In this document: positions 18,066 to 27,217 of the stretch, piece by piece
Layout of the letters: each line of letters opens with the position of its first letter
Position numbering within the stretch: the stretch's first letter is position 1
NCBI GenBank assembly: GCA_050737335.1
Contig: JBOHXA010000541.1
Coordinates: 1-38,333, forward strand
Direction: 5' to 3'
Length of the DNA stretch: 38,333 nucleotides
Source: Limisphaerales bacterium
GTDB taxonomy: Bacteria > Verrucomicrobiota > Verrucomicrobiia > Limisphaerales > UBA11358
Program-made: the position numbers and the translations under genes
The notes under the pieces: generated by a model
Database searches by the model: none
Told to the model about the DNA's origin: nothing
What the model saw: the letters and a program-made list of their open reading frames with translations, nothing else

Positions 18066-19045
18066 CGTCCTATCCAAAAATCATTGATCGTATCGTTGAA
18101 ACTATCAGGGAACACAAATCCTTTTGCGTCGTCGGACACGTCCGCCCGGACGGTGATTGCGTCGGTTCACAACTCGCGCTGGCCATCGCCTTGCGCAACG
18201 ACGGCAAGCGCGTGTGTTGCTGGAACGAGGACCCCATTCCGGCCAAATACAGATTCCTGGACCCGGATGGCTTGTTTGAGAAACCCAGGTCCGGAAAGAA
18301 GTTCGACTGTGTCATCGCGGCAGATTGCGCCAGTTTTCCCAGGCTCGGCGCCGCCGGGAAGTATTCGATGGACCGCAAAGTGCTTATCAATATTGACCAT
18401 CACGAAAGCAATCCGCGTTACGGCGACATTAACTGGATTTCCGCGCGCGAACCCTCTTGCGGCGAATTGATATTTCGCCTCCTCAAGGCGGCGCGATGGC
18501 CAATCACCAAATCCATTGCCGACAATCTTTTTGCCGCCGTCTCCACGGACACCGGCTCGTTTCAATATTCCACGACCCGCCCCGGCACGTTTCACACCGG
18601 CGCGGAACTGGTCACTCGCGGCGCGGACCTCGCTAAAGTCTGCGATGAAGTCTATCAATCCTATCCCCTCTCGCGCGCCCGCCTGCTGCGCCATCTTTAC
18701 AACAAATTCAAGCTGGCCGGGAGCGACCGCATCGCGTATCTGTGGCTCAAGAAAAAAGATTTCACCCGGACCGGCGCTGAAAGCAATGATACGGAAGGAC
18801 TCATCGACCATATCCGGGCCATCAAACCCGTGGTGGTGGCTTGTGTCTTCGAGGAAATCGCACCGGAATTGACGCGCATCAGTTTGCGCTCGAAAAGTCC
18901 CAAGGTGAACGTGAACGAGATCGCCGCTCAATTCGGCGGAGGCGGCCACCTGGCCGCGGCTGGCGCGCGAATTCCCGGCAAATCGCTGGCCGTGCAGCGC
19001 AAAGTCATCGCCGCCATCAAACGCGCGCTGGCGAACGCCAAATGA
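18062..19045 (+). CDS. DHH/DHHA1 phosphoesterase (NrnA-like oligoribonuclease / pAp phosphatase)
   Basis: HVRPDGDCVGS, NIDHHESN and DTGSFQY (DHH motifs I-IV). GGGH in the DHHA1 domain. The start overlaps the rbfA stop (ATGA at 18062-18065). Confidence 0.88.
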   Translation: MTSYPKIIDRIVETIREHKSFCVVGHVRPDGDCVGSQLALAIALRNDGKRVCCWNEDPIPAKYRFLDPDGLFEKPRSGKKFDCVIAADCASFPRLGAAGKYSMDRKVLINIDHHESNPRYGDINWISAREPSCGELIFRLLKAARWPITKSIADNLFAAVSTDTGSFQYSTTRPGTFHTGAELVTRGADLAKVCDEVYQSYPLSRARLLRHLYNKFKLAGSDRIAYLWLKKKDFTRTGAESNDTEGLIDHIRAIKPVVVACVFEEIAPELTRISLRSKSPKVNVNEIAAQFGGGGHLAAAGARIPGKSLAVQRKVIAAIKRALANAK

Positions 19046-19244
19046 AGCGGATTTGCGGACCTTCACAATATTTTCGAGTAATCGAGATCCCCTAGCATCG
19101 GGAGGCCATCCGCGCCCGCGCCTGGGGCAAACCCTTGCCATTGCGGGGGCCGACGGCCAGGGTGCGACGCGCCAGGGCTGGAGCCCGGGAGCCGTCGCGC
19201 GGAGGCGCAAATCCAGAGGCGTTGAGATCCCGAAAATTGTTGTT

Positions 19245-19270
19245 TGCCGGACAGTTTCCGGCACGTTTTA
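19245..19270 (+). terminator. possible intrinsic terminator after the nusA-nrnA operon
   Basis: Perfect 7-bp stem TGCCGGA (19245-19251) / TCCGGCA (19257-19263) with a 5-nt loop, followed by CGTTTTA. The U-tract is short. Confidence 0.3.
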
Positions 19271-19423
19271 CTCCTCAGAACGCCGCAGCGCACTTAATGA
19301 TGGGAATGACGTGGCATAGTTATGGTTTGACCCCGGCGTCTCAGGACGCGTGCGCTCCCATTTCGCGAATAATCTTCGGTTAAGCGGAGCCGAATCCTAT
19401 GAGTTAGCCCCTGGCGGCTCTTT

Positions 19424-19439
19424 TGGCACACATTATGCA
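19424..19439 (+). promoter_or_regulatory. sigma54 (-24/-12) type promoter candidate
   Basis: TGGCACACATTATGCA compared with the consensus TGGCACG-N4-TTGCA. GG and GC are at the canonical spacing. The -12 element lies 34 nt upstream of the ATG at 19472. An SD-like GGGGAGAAAGAGAGG sits in between. Confidence 0.5.
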
Positions 19440-19471
19440 AGAAATGCCTGGGGAGAAAGAGAGGTTATGAT

Positions 19472-20212
19472 ATGCGAAACTTCATTGCAGATTCCATGCC
19501 GGATTTGATCGGCAATCTAAAGGAACACATCAAGACGTTCCTCCGCAAAGAAGTTGAACTGGCTAAAAAAGAGATCTCCGAGAAAATATCCACCTACGCC
19601 CGGAACAGCGTGAAGCTTGTGGTCGGCGGATTTGTGGCATACGCGGGTCTGATCGTGTTTCTAGCCGGTATCGGGTTGGTCATCGGCTTCGCATTTAAGA
19701 GGCTGGGCCTGGACGCCACGCTCGCAGTATTCATCGGATTGGCGATTGTCGGTTTTTTCGCCAGCGCCATCGGCGGGATCATGTTGCTCCAAGGGATCAA
19801 AACCTTTTCCGCAACTTCGCCCGTGCCGGAAAAAGCGATTGATACGATGAAGCAAATAACCGATGGAACGGGCGTCCAAATAGCGAAACCGCCTGAAACC
19901 GAAGATCCGCGCTCGTCAGACGCGCTTTATGAATCGGCCAGTCGAACAGCCGAGCGCGTGCAGGAGGCTAAGGAGGAATTGGCGTTTCAGTTGAGTCCGC
20001 GGGAGTTGAAAGAGCGAGCGGTACGGCATATAAAAGAGCATCCGCTGATGTGGAGCGCGGCAGCCTTGGGGGGCGCAGCCACCGTGGCGACAGGAAGCGT
20101 CTTGTTAGGACGAAAACTTTCGGACCCTCATGGGCGACGGTGGGCACCGCTGGCGCCGCTGGCAAAGATGGCCGGCCTGGCCGCCATAGCTATTAAGCGA
20201 CGGCGGCGGTGA
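19472..20212 (+). CDS. two-TM membrane protein, holin-X / DUF1469-like, with long charged C-terminal tail
   Basis: Amphipathic N-terminus (LKEHIKTFLRKEVELAKKEISEK). Two long hydrophobic helices (LVVGGFVAYAGLIVFLAGIGLVIGFAF and LAVFIGLAIVGFFASAIGGIMLL). This pattern resembles the family annotated as phage holin family protein. The assignment is tentative. Confidence 0.55.
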   Translation: MRNFIADSMPDLIGNLKEHIKTFLRKEVELAKKEISEKISTYARNSVKLVVGGFVAYAGLIVFLAGIGLVIGFAFKRLGLDATLAVFIGLAIVGFFASAIGGIMLLQGIKTFSATSPVPEKAIDTMKQITDGTGVQIAKPPETEDPRSSDALYESASRTAERVQEAKEELAFQLSPRELKERAVRHIKEHPLMWSAAALGGAATVATGSVLLGRKLSDPHGRRWAPLAPLAKMAGLAAIAIKRRRR

Positions 20213-20576
20213 AAGGGAAGGGTGGCGAAAGTATCAACACTTCAGGTTTTGAACGCTTCGCGTGGCAAGATCAGAAGGCGGTGGATTATGGCCTGTTGGC
20301 AGGTCTGGCCCCGATTGGCTCGCACCGCCAGCTATTGGTCATTTCTCTCAGCGAATAGACAGGGCTAATGCCGCGCAAATTGCATTATTCAAATGTCAAC
20401 CATGCAAAGTTCCTGGGGGTTTCAGACCTGCCCATGATCCATGAAGCTCTTGATTTTAACGATGCTCGTCGTGGAAACCTCCACCGGCCGGCCGGCCATT
20501 TCCAATACGATTGGTTTCACCCGCCTTGAAATTTCTTGATATTGGCGCAGTATGACCGCTACAGTTGGCTATCATT

Positions 20577-22208
20577 ATGCGCATCGGGTCTGTGATTGCC
20601 ATTCTCGTCCTTTCCCTGGCGTTTTTCCGTACCATCGCGCGCGCCGACGGCGACTACGTAAACTCCGAACTGCCATGGCATCCGCTGACGGTGGATGCGC
20701 AGGACCGCTTGCTGGCCTGGTATCATCCGGAACAAAACCTCGGCTATGATACAGTCCTGCACCTGGCCTGGGATTTTCTTGAGAACAAAGTCCCGAACGA
20801 TCCCAGGACCGGCCTGAAGGTTTATCTCGTAAATGCCGTTTTTGATGCGAACACACTTCAGGGCGTCAATTGGCAGGGCAACCCTGCCAGCACCTTTGGC
20901 CAATTTGTTGATTCGGTTGTGGCCTGGTATCCGTATTCAGGCGATGAAAAGGCCGTGGCCGTGGTCCGTTCCATGCTGGATCATCAATTGGCGCACGGCA
21001 CCACGCCACCGCTTTGGAATTGGCCAAATGTTCCTTTCGCAACCACGGATAAAAATGACGGCAACTATGGCCGCGCCATCCGCGGCATGCCCGTCAGTTT
21101 TTACGGCGGAATCGAAACCGACAAGGTAGGCGAGATGGGCATGGGCTATTGTCTTTTTTATGAGCTAACTGGTGATGACAAGTTTCTGAAGGCTGCCATC
21201 CATTGCGCGGACGCCCTGGCGTCGCATATTCGGTTTGGCAACGAGACGCAGACTCCCTGGCCCTATCGCGTCAACGCAATAGACGGTCAAGTCATAAACG
21301 ATGAGGATTATGGCGGCATGATCGTGGCCCCGGTCCGTCTCTTTTCCGAACTCATTCGCCTGAACCGGGGGAACGTGAAGCTATATATCCGCGCGCGCAA
21401 TATCACCTGGAATTGGATCCTGCGCTATCCCATGCATAATAACCGTTGGAGCGGCTATTTCGAGGACGTGAGCAGGAACACCAACAACGTCAATCAGGCT
21501 TCTCCCACTATGACGGCGTATTACATTCTCTCGGCGCCGGACCCGGCTGCGCTGGACCCACATTGGATCGGCGACGTCGGCCATCTGATCGATTGGGTGC
21601 GCCAGAAGTTTGGCCGAGGCCCGTACTTCGGCGCCTGGGCGATTGATGAACAGGGCCAGCCGCCCGATTATTGCGGGTGTTGCTCGCGCGCCGGCCTGGG
21701 CAGCGACACTTCCCGTTGGGCAGCCATTAACGCGATGTATTATGAAAAGACCGGTGACGCCCAAGCCCGCGAAGATGCCTTCCGTTCTCTTAACTATGCA
21801 ACATACTTTTGCGACGACGATGGCAAGGTCGCCTGTTGCGGCCTCGACTATGCGGACTCCTATCGGTTCGATGACGGTTACAGCGATTACATCCGAAATT
21901 TCCTTTGGGCGATGGGCGCTATTCCTGAGTTCGCGCCGAAGGGACAAAACCACCTGTTGCGTTCATCGTCCGTGGTCCAAAAGGTGGCGTATAGCACGAA
22001 CTCCGTCAGCTACGAGACGTTCGAGCCGGACGCCATCGAAGTTTTGCGTCTTAACCATGCGCCGGTTCACGTCAATGCCGGTGGGAATGAACTGAGGCGT
22101 ATGGACGCCCTTAAGCCAGGCGGCTATACCGTTCGCAATTTGCCCGGCGGCGGTGTCGCGCTGAAGGTCCAACATGCCGGCGCCCGTGATGTAACCGTTT
22201 CGTGGTGA
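20577..22208 (+). CDS. secreted protein of unknown family, helical-repeat (six-hairpin-like) core with Cys clusters plus a C-terminal beta domain
   Basis: Signal peptide MRIGSVIAILVLSLAFFRTIARA. Aromatic-rich helical segments (GMGYCLFYELTGDDKFLKAAIHCADALASHI, RWAAINAMYYEKTGDAQAREDAFRSLNYA). Cys motifs DYCGCCSRAG and KVACCGLDY. Beta-rich C-terminus. ATG 20577 preferred over the TTG at 20565. Confidence 0.65.
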   Translation: MRIGSVIAILVLSLAFFRTIARADGDYVNSELPWHPLTVDAQDRLLAWYHPEQNLGYDTVLHLAWDFLENKVPNDPRTGLKVYLVNAVFDANTLQGVNWQGNPASTFGQFVDSVVAWYPYSGDEKAVAVVRSMLDHQLAHGTTPPLWNWPNVPFATTDKNDGNYGRAIRGMPVSFYGGIETDKVGEMGMGYCLFYELTGDDKFLKAAIHCADALASHIRFGNETQTPWPYRVNAIDGQVINDEDYGGMIVAPVRLFSELIRLNRGNVKLYIRARNITWNWILRYPMHNNRWSGYFEDVSRNTNNVNQASPTMTAYYILSAPDPAALDPHWIGDVGHLIDWVRQKFGRGPYFGAWAIDEQGQPPDYCGCCSRAGLGSDTSRWAAINAMYYEKTGDAQAREDAFRSLNYATYFCDDDGKVACCGLDYADSYRFDDGYSDYIRNFLWAMGAIPEFAPKGQNHLLRSSSVVQKVAYSTNSVSYETFEPDAIEVLRLNHAPVHVNAGGNELRRMDALKPGGYTVRNLPGGGVALKVQHAGARDVTVSW

Positions 22209-22335
22209 TGCGAAGGAGAATCCAGGCGAGAGCATATCAAAAAAAGGGAATTCGTACCAGGACATCGAATTGTACGGCATTGTGAAAGCCCACAGGGATA
22301 GCCCCAAACAGAAATCCCCATGTTCCCTCCCACCG

Positions 22336-24018
22336 ATGGGCGGAAGTACTGGAGTGACGAAATCTAAAAAGACAAATTTTCTTTTGATGTCTGTAGCGCT
22401 GACCTTGTCCACCTTTGGTGGCGCAAACTTAGCGGCGTTGGGAAACGATAACTTTAACAGGCTGGATTGCGCGCCGGATAGTGTGACCGTGACGACTGAA
22501 ACCGGCACTGTTGCGTTAAGAGGCGGTGCGGCTGATTCATGGGAAAGTAATCCGATACACTTAACAACGATGCCGGCTCCCGGCGGCCTTGAGATTGTTC
22601 TTTCGGCTCCGGGCGTTGCCGTAAAATCGCTCGAAATTCGGTGGCACGCGAATTTGCCGGCGCAAGCGCTGTATTTGGGCGACGCCTGGGAACGGGCTTA
22701 TGGCGGCTTGGAATGGAAATTGTTCGACGCGACACGCGTCATGCCCTGGTATTTTTTCGCGCTTTATGGAGGTGTTACCGATGGGTTCGGCGTCAAAACG
22801 CAGCCCTCGGCCTTTTGCTATTGGACAACACAAACCAATGGCATCACGCTTCATGCCGACGTTCGTTGCGGGGGAATGGGCGTCGAATTGGGCAAACGCA
22901 AGCTGCCGGTCTGCACCGTTGTTTGCCGGCACGGACGGGCCAATGAAACGCCCTTTGCGGCAGCGCAGGCTTTCTGCCGGCAAATGTGCCCTCACGCCCG
23001 GCTGCCGCGCGAGCCCGTGTACGGCTTCAATGACTGGTATTGCGCGTACGGTCACGATACGGCGGCAACGTTTCTCGCAAATGTTGAATTTACGGCCGAA
23101 CTTTCCAGAGGAAATCGTAACCGCCCTTTTGCCGTTATAGACGACGGCTGGCAGTGGAAGGGCGAAAATGGAAAAAGCCCCGGACTGTGGAATCGAGTGA
23201 ACCCTGCGTTTAGCCGCACGACGACAATGCCCGAACTTGCCAGGGCAGTACGTCATTCAGGGGCGCGGCCAGGGCTGTGGTTCAGGCCGCTGATTGCGAA
23301 TGCAGACCAGCCGCAAAGCTGGCGATTGCGTCGGGACCCGGCATTTTTGGACCCCACGGTTCCGCAAGTTCGCGCGTTGATCCGCGAGGACATCAAGCGA
23401 TTTCGCCGGTGGGGCTTCGAACTAATCAAACACGATTTCACGACCTACGATCTTTGCGGACGGTGGGGCATGGGCATGGATGGAAGTATTACCGCCGATG
23501 GTTGGTCATTCGCCGACCGATCCAGGACGACCGCGGAGGTTATTCGGAGTTTGTACCAGGACATTCGCTCCGCCGCCGGCAATGACACGATCATCCTCGG
23601 TTGTAACGCTGTGGGCCAGATTTCGGCGGGAATTTTTGAAATGCAGCGCGTGGGGGATGATACCAGCGGCAAAGACTGGGCGCGGACGCGAAAAATGGGT
23701 GTGAATGCTTTGGCCTTCCGCGCTCCTCAACAGGGAACGTTTTTTGCGATAGACCCCGATTGCGTTGGACAGACAACGATGGATTCAATTCCCTGGGCAA
23801 AGAATTCGCAATGGCTGTATCTGGTGGCGCACAGCGGCACAACGCTTTTTATATCCATTCCGCGCGATATCGCAAGCCCGGCGCAAGAGCGCCAAATTCG
23901 CGAGGCGCTTTCAACGGCATCGCGGCCGCAGCCGTTGGCTGAACCATTGGATTGGATAAAAAGGCGGACGCCGGAACAGTGGCTTTTGGATGGTCAAGAG
24001 AAAACATTTTCCTGGTGA
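22336..24018 (+). CDS. alpha-galactosidase-like glycoside hydrolase (clan GH-D, GH36/GH27-like)
   Basis: FAVIDDGWQ (DDGW motif). FELIKHDF (KxD nucleophile motif). RVGDDTS (acid/base region). Signal-like segment KTNFLLMSVALTLSTFGGANLAA. Start uncertain: ATG 22336, GTG 22354 or ATG 22387. Confidence 0.75.
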   Translation: MGGSTGVTKSKKTNFLLMSVALTLSTFGGANLAALGNDNFNRLDCAPDSVTVTTETGTVALRGGAADSWESNPIHLTTMPAPGGLEIVLSAPGVAVKSLEIRWHANLPAQALYLGDAWERAYGGLEWKLFDATRVMPWYFFALYGGVTDGFGVKTQPSAFCYWTTQTNGITLHADVRCGGMGVELGKRKLPVCTVVCRHGRANETPFAAAQAFCRQMCPHARLPREPVYGFNDWYCAYGHDTAATFLANVEFTAELSRGNRNRPFAVIDDGWQWKGENGKSPGLWNRVNPAFSRTTTMPELARAVRHSGARPGLWFRPLIANADQPQSWRLRRDPAFLDPTVPQVRALIREDIKRFRRWGFELIKHDFTTYDLCGRWGMGMDGSITADGWSFADRSRTTAEVIRSLYQDIRSAAGNDTIILGCNAVGQISAGIFEMQRVGDDTSGKDWARTRKMGVNALAFRAPQQGTFFAIDPDCVGQTTMDSIPWAKNSQWLYLVAHSGTTLFISIPRDIASPAQERQIREALSTASRPQPLAEPLDWIKRRTPEQWLLDGQEKTFSW

Positions 24019-24101
24019 TTCTCCAATGTGTCAATTTTGACGACCTCAGGTCGAAATTCTCCTGGCGGAAATGTCCAGAATTTTTAAGGGCTGATCGGCC
24101 A

Positions 24102-26627
24102 TTATCCCCTGGATTTGGCCATGGAGATTTTGCTCAAATTCTGTTTCGACCGGGACGGCTTGGCCCTATTTGTGACCCGTCGCAGCATCGAGCGGATTTC
24201 CTTGATTCTGGGCGGTTTGCTGAGGATGCCGTCCACTTCAGAAGGAACGTCGCCATCATTTTTCAGGAAAACGCCCCAACCAGTGAGCATGACGACGGGT
24301 GTGCTTGAAGATTCACTTTTGATTGTGCGCGCTACCGCGTTGCCGTCCACCAGCGGCATTCCCAGGTCTGTCATCACGACGTCAAATGGCGCTTCGCGTT
24401 GAAGCGCGGCGCGAAAGGCGTCGATGCCGGCCTGTCCGCCGTCGGCCAGTTCGATGTTATGGCCGTCGCGCAGGAGCATTTCCCGGATAAGAAGGCGCAG
24501 GGCCGGTTCGTCATCAATGCATAAAATGCGCAACGGCTGTGGCGGCTGGTCGGTTTCGAGAGGTTCTGAGGTTGAGAAAATGGCTAGATTGCGGACTGGA
24601 AAGAGCAGGCGCACGGCTGTGCCCTTGCCGATGACGCTTTCGATCTCAATCTTGCCCTGATGCCGTTCGACTACGCCATATACCATGGCCAGACCCAGGC
24701 CAGTGCCGCGCTTGCCCTTGGTGGAGAAAAATGGTTCAAGGCAGCGTTTTTGCGTTTGTTCATCCATGCCCACACCCGTATCGCTCACTTCAAGAATGGC
24801 GTGGAGGGAGGTTTCGCCATTGTTGAGTGGCCGCTCGACGGCCGAAGTGCGAATGGTAATGGCCCCGCCGCGCGGCAAGGCGTCCACGGCGTTCAGAATC
24901 AGGTTTGTCAGCGCCTCGCGCACTTCGCTCTCGATCCCGGCAAATTCCGGGGCTACTTCTCCCAATTCCTGGCGCATTTCGATATTGATGCCGTTTGCCT
25001 GGGGAATGTCGCGCCAGCGCGGCTGCATCATATCAATGACTTGTTTGGCCAGGATGCCCAAATTGATCGCCTGGAGCGGCTCGCGTTCGTTACGGGGACG
25101 GTAAAATTCGCGCAGGCGCTTGACGATGTGGGCAATGTCTTCGCCAGCGGTTTTGATATAGAGCAAATGCTTTTTGCCGGAGTCGCTCAAATTGTCTTCG
25201 GTTTGCGCGATGAGGTCCGCAAAACCGACAACGGGCGATAGAGCGTTGTTGATATCGTGCGCGACGCCGCTGGCCATTTGGCCCAGGGCTTTTAAGCGTT
25301 CCTGTTGCATCAGGGATTGCTGGGACCGGCTCAGGTCGTTGTACGCCTTTTGCAGGTCCTGATACAACTGGGCCTGATGGATGGCCAGGGCCACATGAGC
25401 GCTCAAGCCGCGGATGAAGTCGCGCTCGGCGCGGCTAAAGCCATCTATCTCGCGCCGCATAACCACAAGCAACCCGAACGTTTTGCCTTCAATAACCAAC
25501 GGCATTCCCACACTCGAGCGAAATCCAGTCTCGGCATTTTTTTTGGCCATGACAACGGCGGACTTTGTGAGGTCGGCCACGTAAACCATTTCCCCGTTGA
25601 CGCAGGGCCCGAAAACCGTCTCATCCACGGGTATGGAATCGGGAATCTTTGAAGCCGCGGCGATAGACTGGCTTTTGGGCGCCCGCACCAGCACCTTGAA
25701 CATCGCGGTGGCGGGATCGAACAAATAGGCGCTGCCGTAGTCCACCGGAAGGTGGGCTTCCAATTGCTGGAGCATAATGGAAATGATGCTTTCAAAGTCC
25801 TGCCGGGCCGCGATGGCGTAGGTGATTTGGTTGAGCAGACTAATGCGGCTGAACTGTTGTTCCAGGTCCCGGGTGCGCTCGCGAACCCGCTGTTCCAACT
25901 CTTCATTGGCATGATGCAGCGCCGCGTCGCGCTCCTGGATTTGCGCCAGCATTTGGTTGAAGCCGTCAATGAGATTGCCCAATTCATCGTCGGATTCCTT
26001 CACGGCCCGCACAGCGTAATTTTTCTCGGCGGACACGATTTTAGCCGTTTGTGCCAGCTGAAAAATAGGCCTGGAAATGACCCGCTGGAGGCGGGATGCG
26101 AGAATGACCGTGGCAAAAAGAGACATCAGTGAAAATCCGCCAATGATGGCGCCGTAGTGCCATAATTTTGCATATAGTTCGGTCATATTCGAGGCGAGGT
26201 AAATCGCTCCCGCCGTATCGGAGGATTTGAAATAGTGCCAGACCGTTAGCTGATTGGCGGTAATGTTGGCGCCTTCAAGTCCCGGATGAAGCGGCGGGTC
26301 AACCGGGGCTTTTCCCGGCGTCGAATAAGTGGCAAAAAGGCTGTAACGGCCCTTGTAATCCTTGTAATAGAGAGAGGCGGCCTCAATATTGGGCTGCGCG
26401 CTCAAGGCGCTCAAATTTTGTGTCGCGGTGCCTTTGTCCCGGTAAAACAGTGCCCCGCCATTTTCACTTCCGACAATCTGAGCCTGCGTCAGAAGGTCAT
26501 GAATCATGGTCTGGCGGAACGAGAAATATTCGTAGGTGAGGATGGATGCCGCCATCAGCACCAGCGCGGTTGCGGTGCTGGCCAGCATCAGTGCCATCAG
26601 CTTTCGTTTTATGGATATCGCGCGCAA
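24102..26627 (-). CDS. hybrid sensor histidine kinase (periplasmic sensor loop - HAMP - GAF - HisKA - HATPase - REC)
   Basis: TM1 LMALMLASTATALVLMAASILTY. About 140-aa periplasmic loop. TM2 GAIIGGFSLMSLFATVILAS. HAMP (DELGNLIDGFNQML). GAF-like region. H-box ASGVAHDINNALSPV. ATPase boxes (LILNAVDA, DTGVGM, GTGLGLA). C-terminal receiver (ILCIDDEP...VVMTDLGMP). Confidence 0.92.
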   Translation of the reverse strand: MRAISIKRKLMALMLASTATALVLMAASILTYEYFSFRQTMIHDLLTQAQIVGSENGGALFYRDKGTATQNLSALSAQPNIEAASLYYKDYKGRYSLFATYSTPGKAPVDPPLHPGLEGANITANQLTVWHYFKSSDTAGAIYLASNMTELYAKLWHYGAIIGGFSLMSLFATVILASRLQRVISRPIFQLAQTAKIVSAEKNYAVRAVKESDDELGNLIDGFNQMLAQIQERDAALHHANEELEQRVRERTRDLEQQFSRISLLNQITYAIAARQDFESIISIMLQQLEAHLPVDYGSAYLFDPATAMFKVLVRAPKSQSIAAASKIPDSIPVDETVFGPCVNGEMVYVADLTKSAVVMAKKNAETGFRSSVGMPLVIEGKTFGLLVVMRREIDGFSRAERDFIRGLSAHVALAIHQAQLYQDLQKAYNDLSRSQQSLMQQERLKALGQMASGVAHDINNALSPVVGFADLIAQTEDNLSDSGKKHLLYIKTAGEDIAHIVKRLREFYRPRNEREPLQAINLGILAKQVIDMMQPRWRDIPQANGINIEMRQELGEVAPEFAGIESEVREALTNLILNAVDALPRGGAITIRTSAVERPLNNGETSLHAILEVSDTGVGMDEQTQKRCLEPFFSTKGKRGTGLGLAMVYGVVERHQGKIEIESVIGKGTAVRLLFPVRNLAIFSTSEPLETDQPPQPLRILCIDDEPALRLLIREMLLRDGHNIELADGGQAGIDAFRAALQREAPFDVVMTDLGMPLVDGNAVARTIKSESSSTPVVMLTGWGVFLKNDGDVPSEVDGILSKPPRIKEIRSMLRRVTNRAKPSRSKQNLSKISMAKSRG

Positions 26628-27205
26628 AGGAATGCAGTGAGTTGATCGGTTTTATGGAGCATCGTCGTCTTTATAGCCAGAATAAGCAACTTGGAGCTTA
26701 GTTTCAATCCCGCCTTCTCCGCCGCTGTATTGTTGATTTCGAAGCGAATATGCTGGTTTTCGATGACGAAGGTAATCATGACGCCGGATTGGAAGGGCAT
26801 GCTTTCCGTGACGGTCAGGACCCCGGCGTCGTCGAGGGAGGCGAGAATTTCTTTGATGTTTTTTTGCTCCGAGCGGGCGATAAATAGAATCTGGCAGTGT
26901 TTTAATTCTTCCAGGGAGACTTCCCGGGTAATGACGGGATGGCCGTTAATATACCGGTTTCGAATGACGTCTGCCAAATTGTTTCCAAATGGGTCCTGGC
27001 CATAAATACCGATCACCAGGGGAGCATTGGTGGAGGCAAAGTCATTGCTTGACCATTCGACGAACTTTCCGAAATTATACAGAAATGCCGCCTTGACCTG
27101 ATATTCAGAAAAGCCGCTGCTTTGCGCCAGGGCCAGGCTGGCCCGGAACAATTCCGCCATAAGGACCGCTGCCATCCACGCGCGCCGTTTAAAGACGAAA
27201 TTCAT
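26609..27205 (-). CDS. YfiR-family (DUF4154) periplasmic protein
   Basis: Signal peptide MAAVLMAELFRASLALA. Hallmark YQVKAAFLYNFGKFVEWS, then VIGIYGQDPFG...ILFIARSE...GVLTVTE, typical of DUF4154/YfiR. The stop overlaps the kinase start by 19 nt. Confidence 0.85.
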   Translation of the reverse strand: MNFVFKRRAWMAAVLMAELFRASLALAQSSGFSEYQVKAAFLYNFGKFVEWSSNDFASTNAPLVIGIYGQDPFGNNLADVIRNRYINGHPVITREVSLEELKHCQILFIARSEQKNIKEILASLDDAGVLTVTESMPFQSGVMITFVIENQHIRFEINNTAAEKAGLKLSSKLLILAIKTTMLHKTDQLTAFLCARYP

Positions 27206-27217
27206 ATGAAGACGCCG

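Noticed and set aside
19121-19215. GGGGCAAACCC and GGCGCAAAUCC, reminiscent of c-di-GMP-I (GEMM-I) riboswitch conserved strings.
   Set aside because: The two strings are about 80 nt apart rather than about 25-30 nt. The surrounding pairing does not reproduce the GEMM-I two-hairpin architecture.
19084-19231. MITE-like element with an 8-bp target-site duplication (GAGATCCC).
   Set aside because: The ends between the direct repeats show no terminal inverted repeats, and there is no second copy in this window. The direct repeats are kept only as an observation inside the GC-rich module finding.
18167-19264. 365-aa minus-strand ORF opposite the DHH phosphoesterase.
   Set aside because: Antisense shadow of a gene with clear DHH/DHHA1 motifs. 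It has no recognisable domain.
20441-20539. 32-codon ORF MKLLILTMLVVETSTGRPAISNTIGFTRLEIS upstream of the Cys-cluster protein.
   Set aside because: It looks like a truncated signal peptide. It is too short and featureless to call without conservation or ribosome-profiling data.
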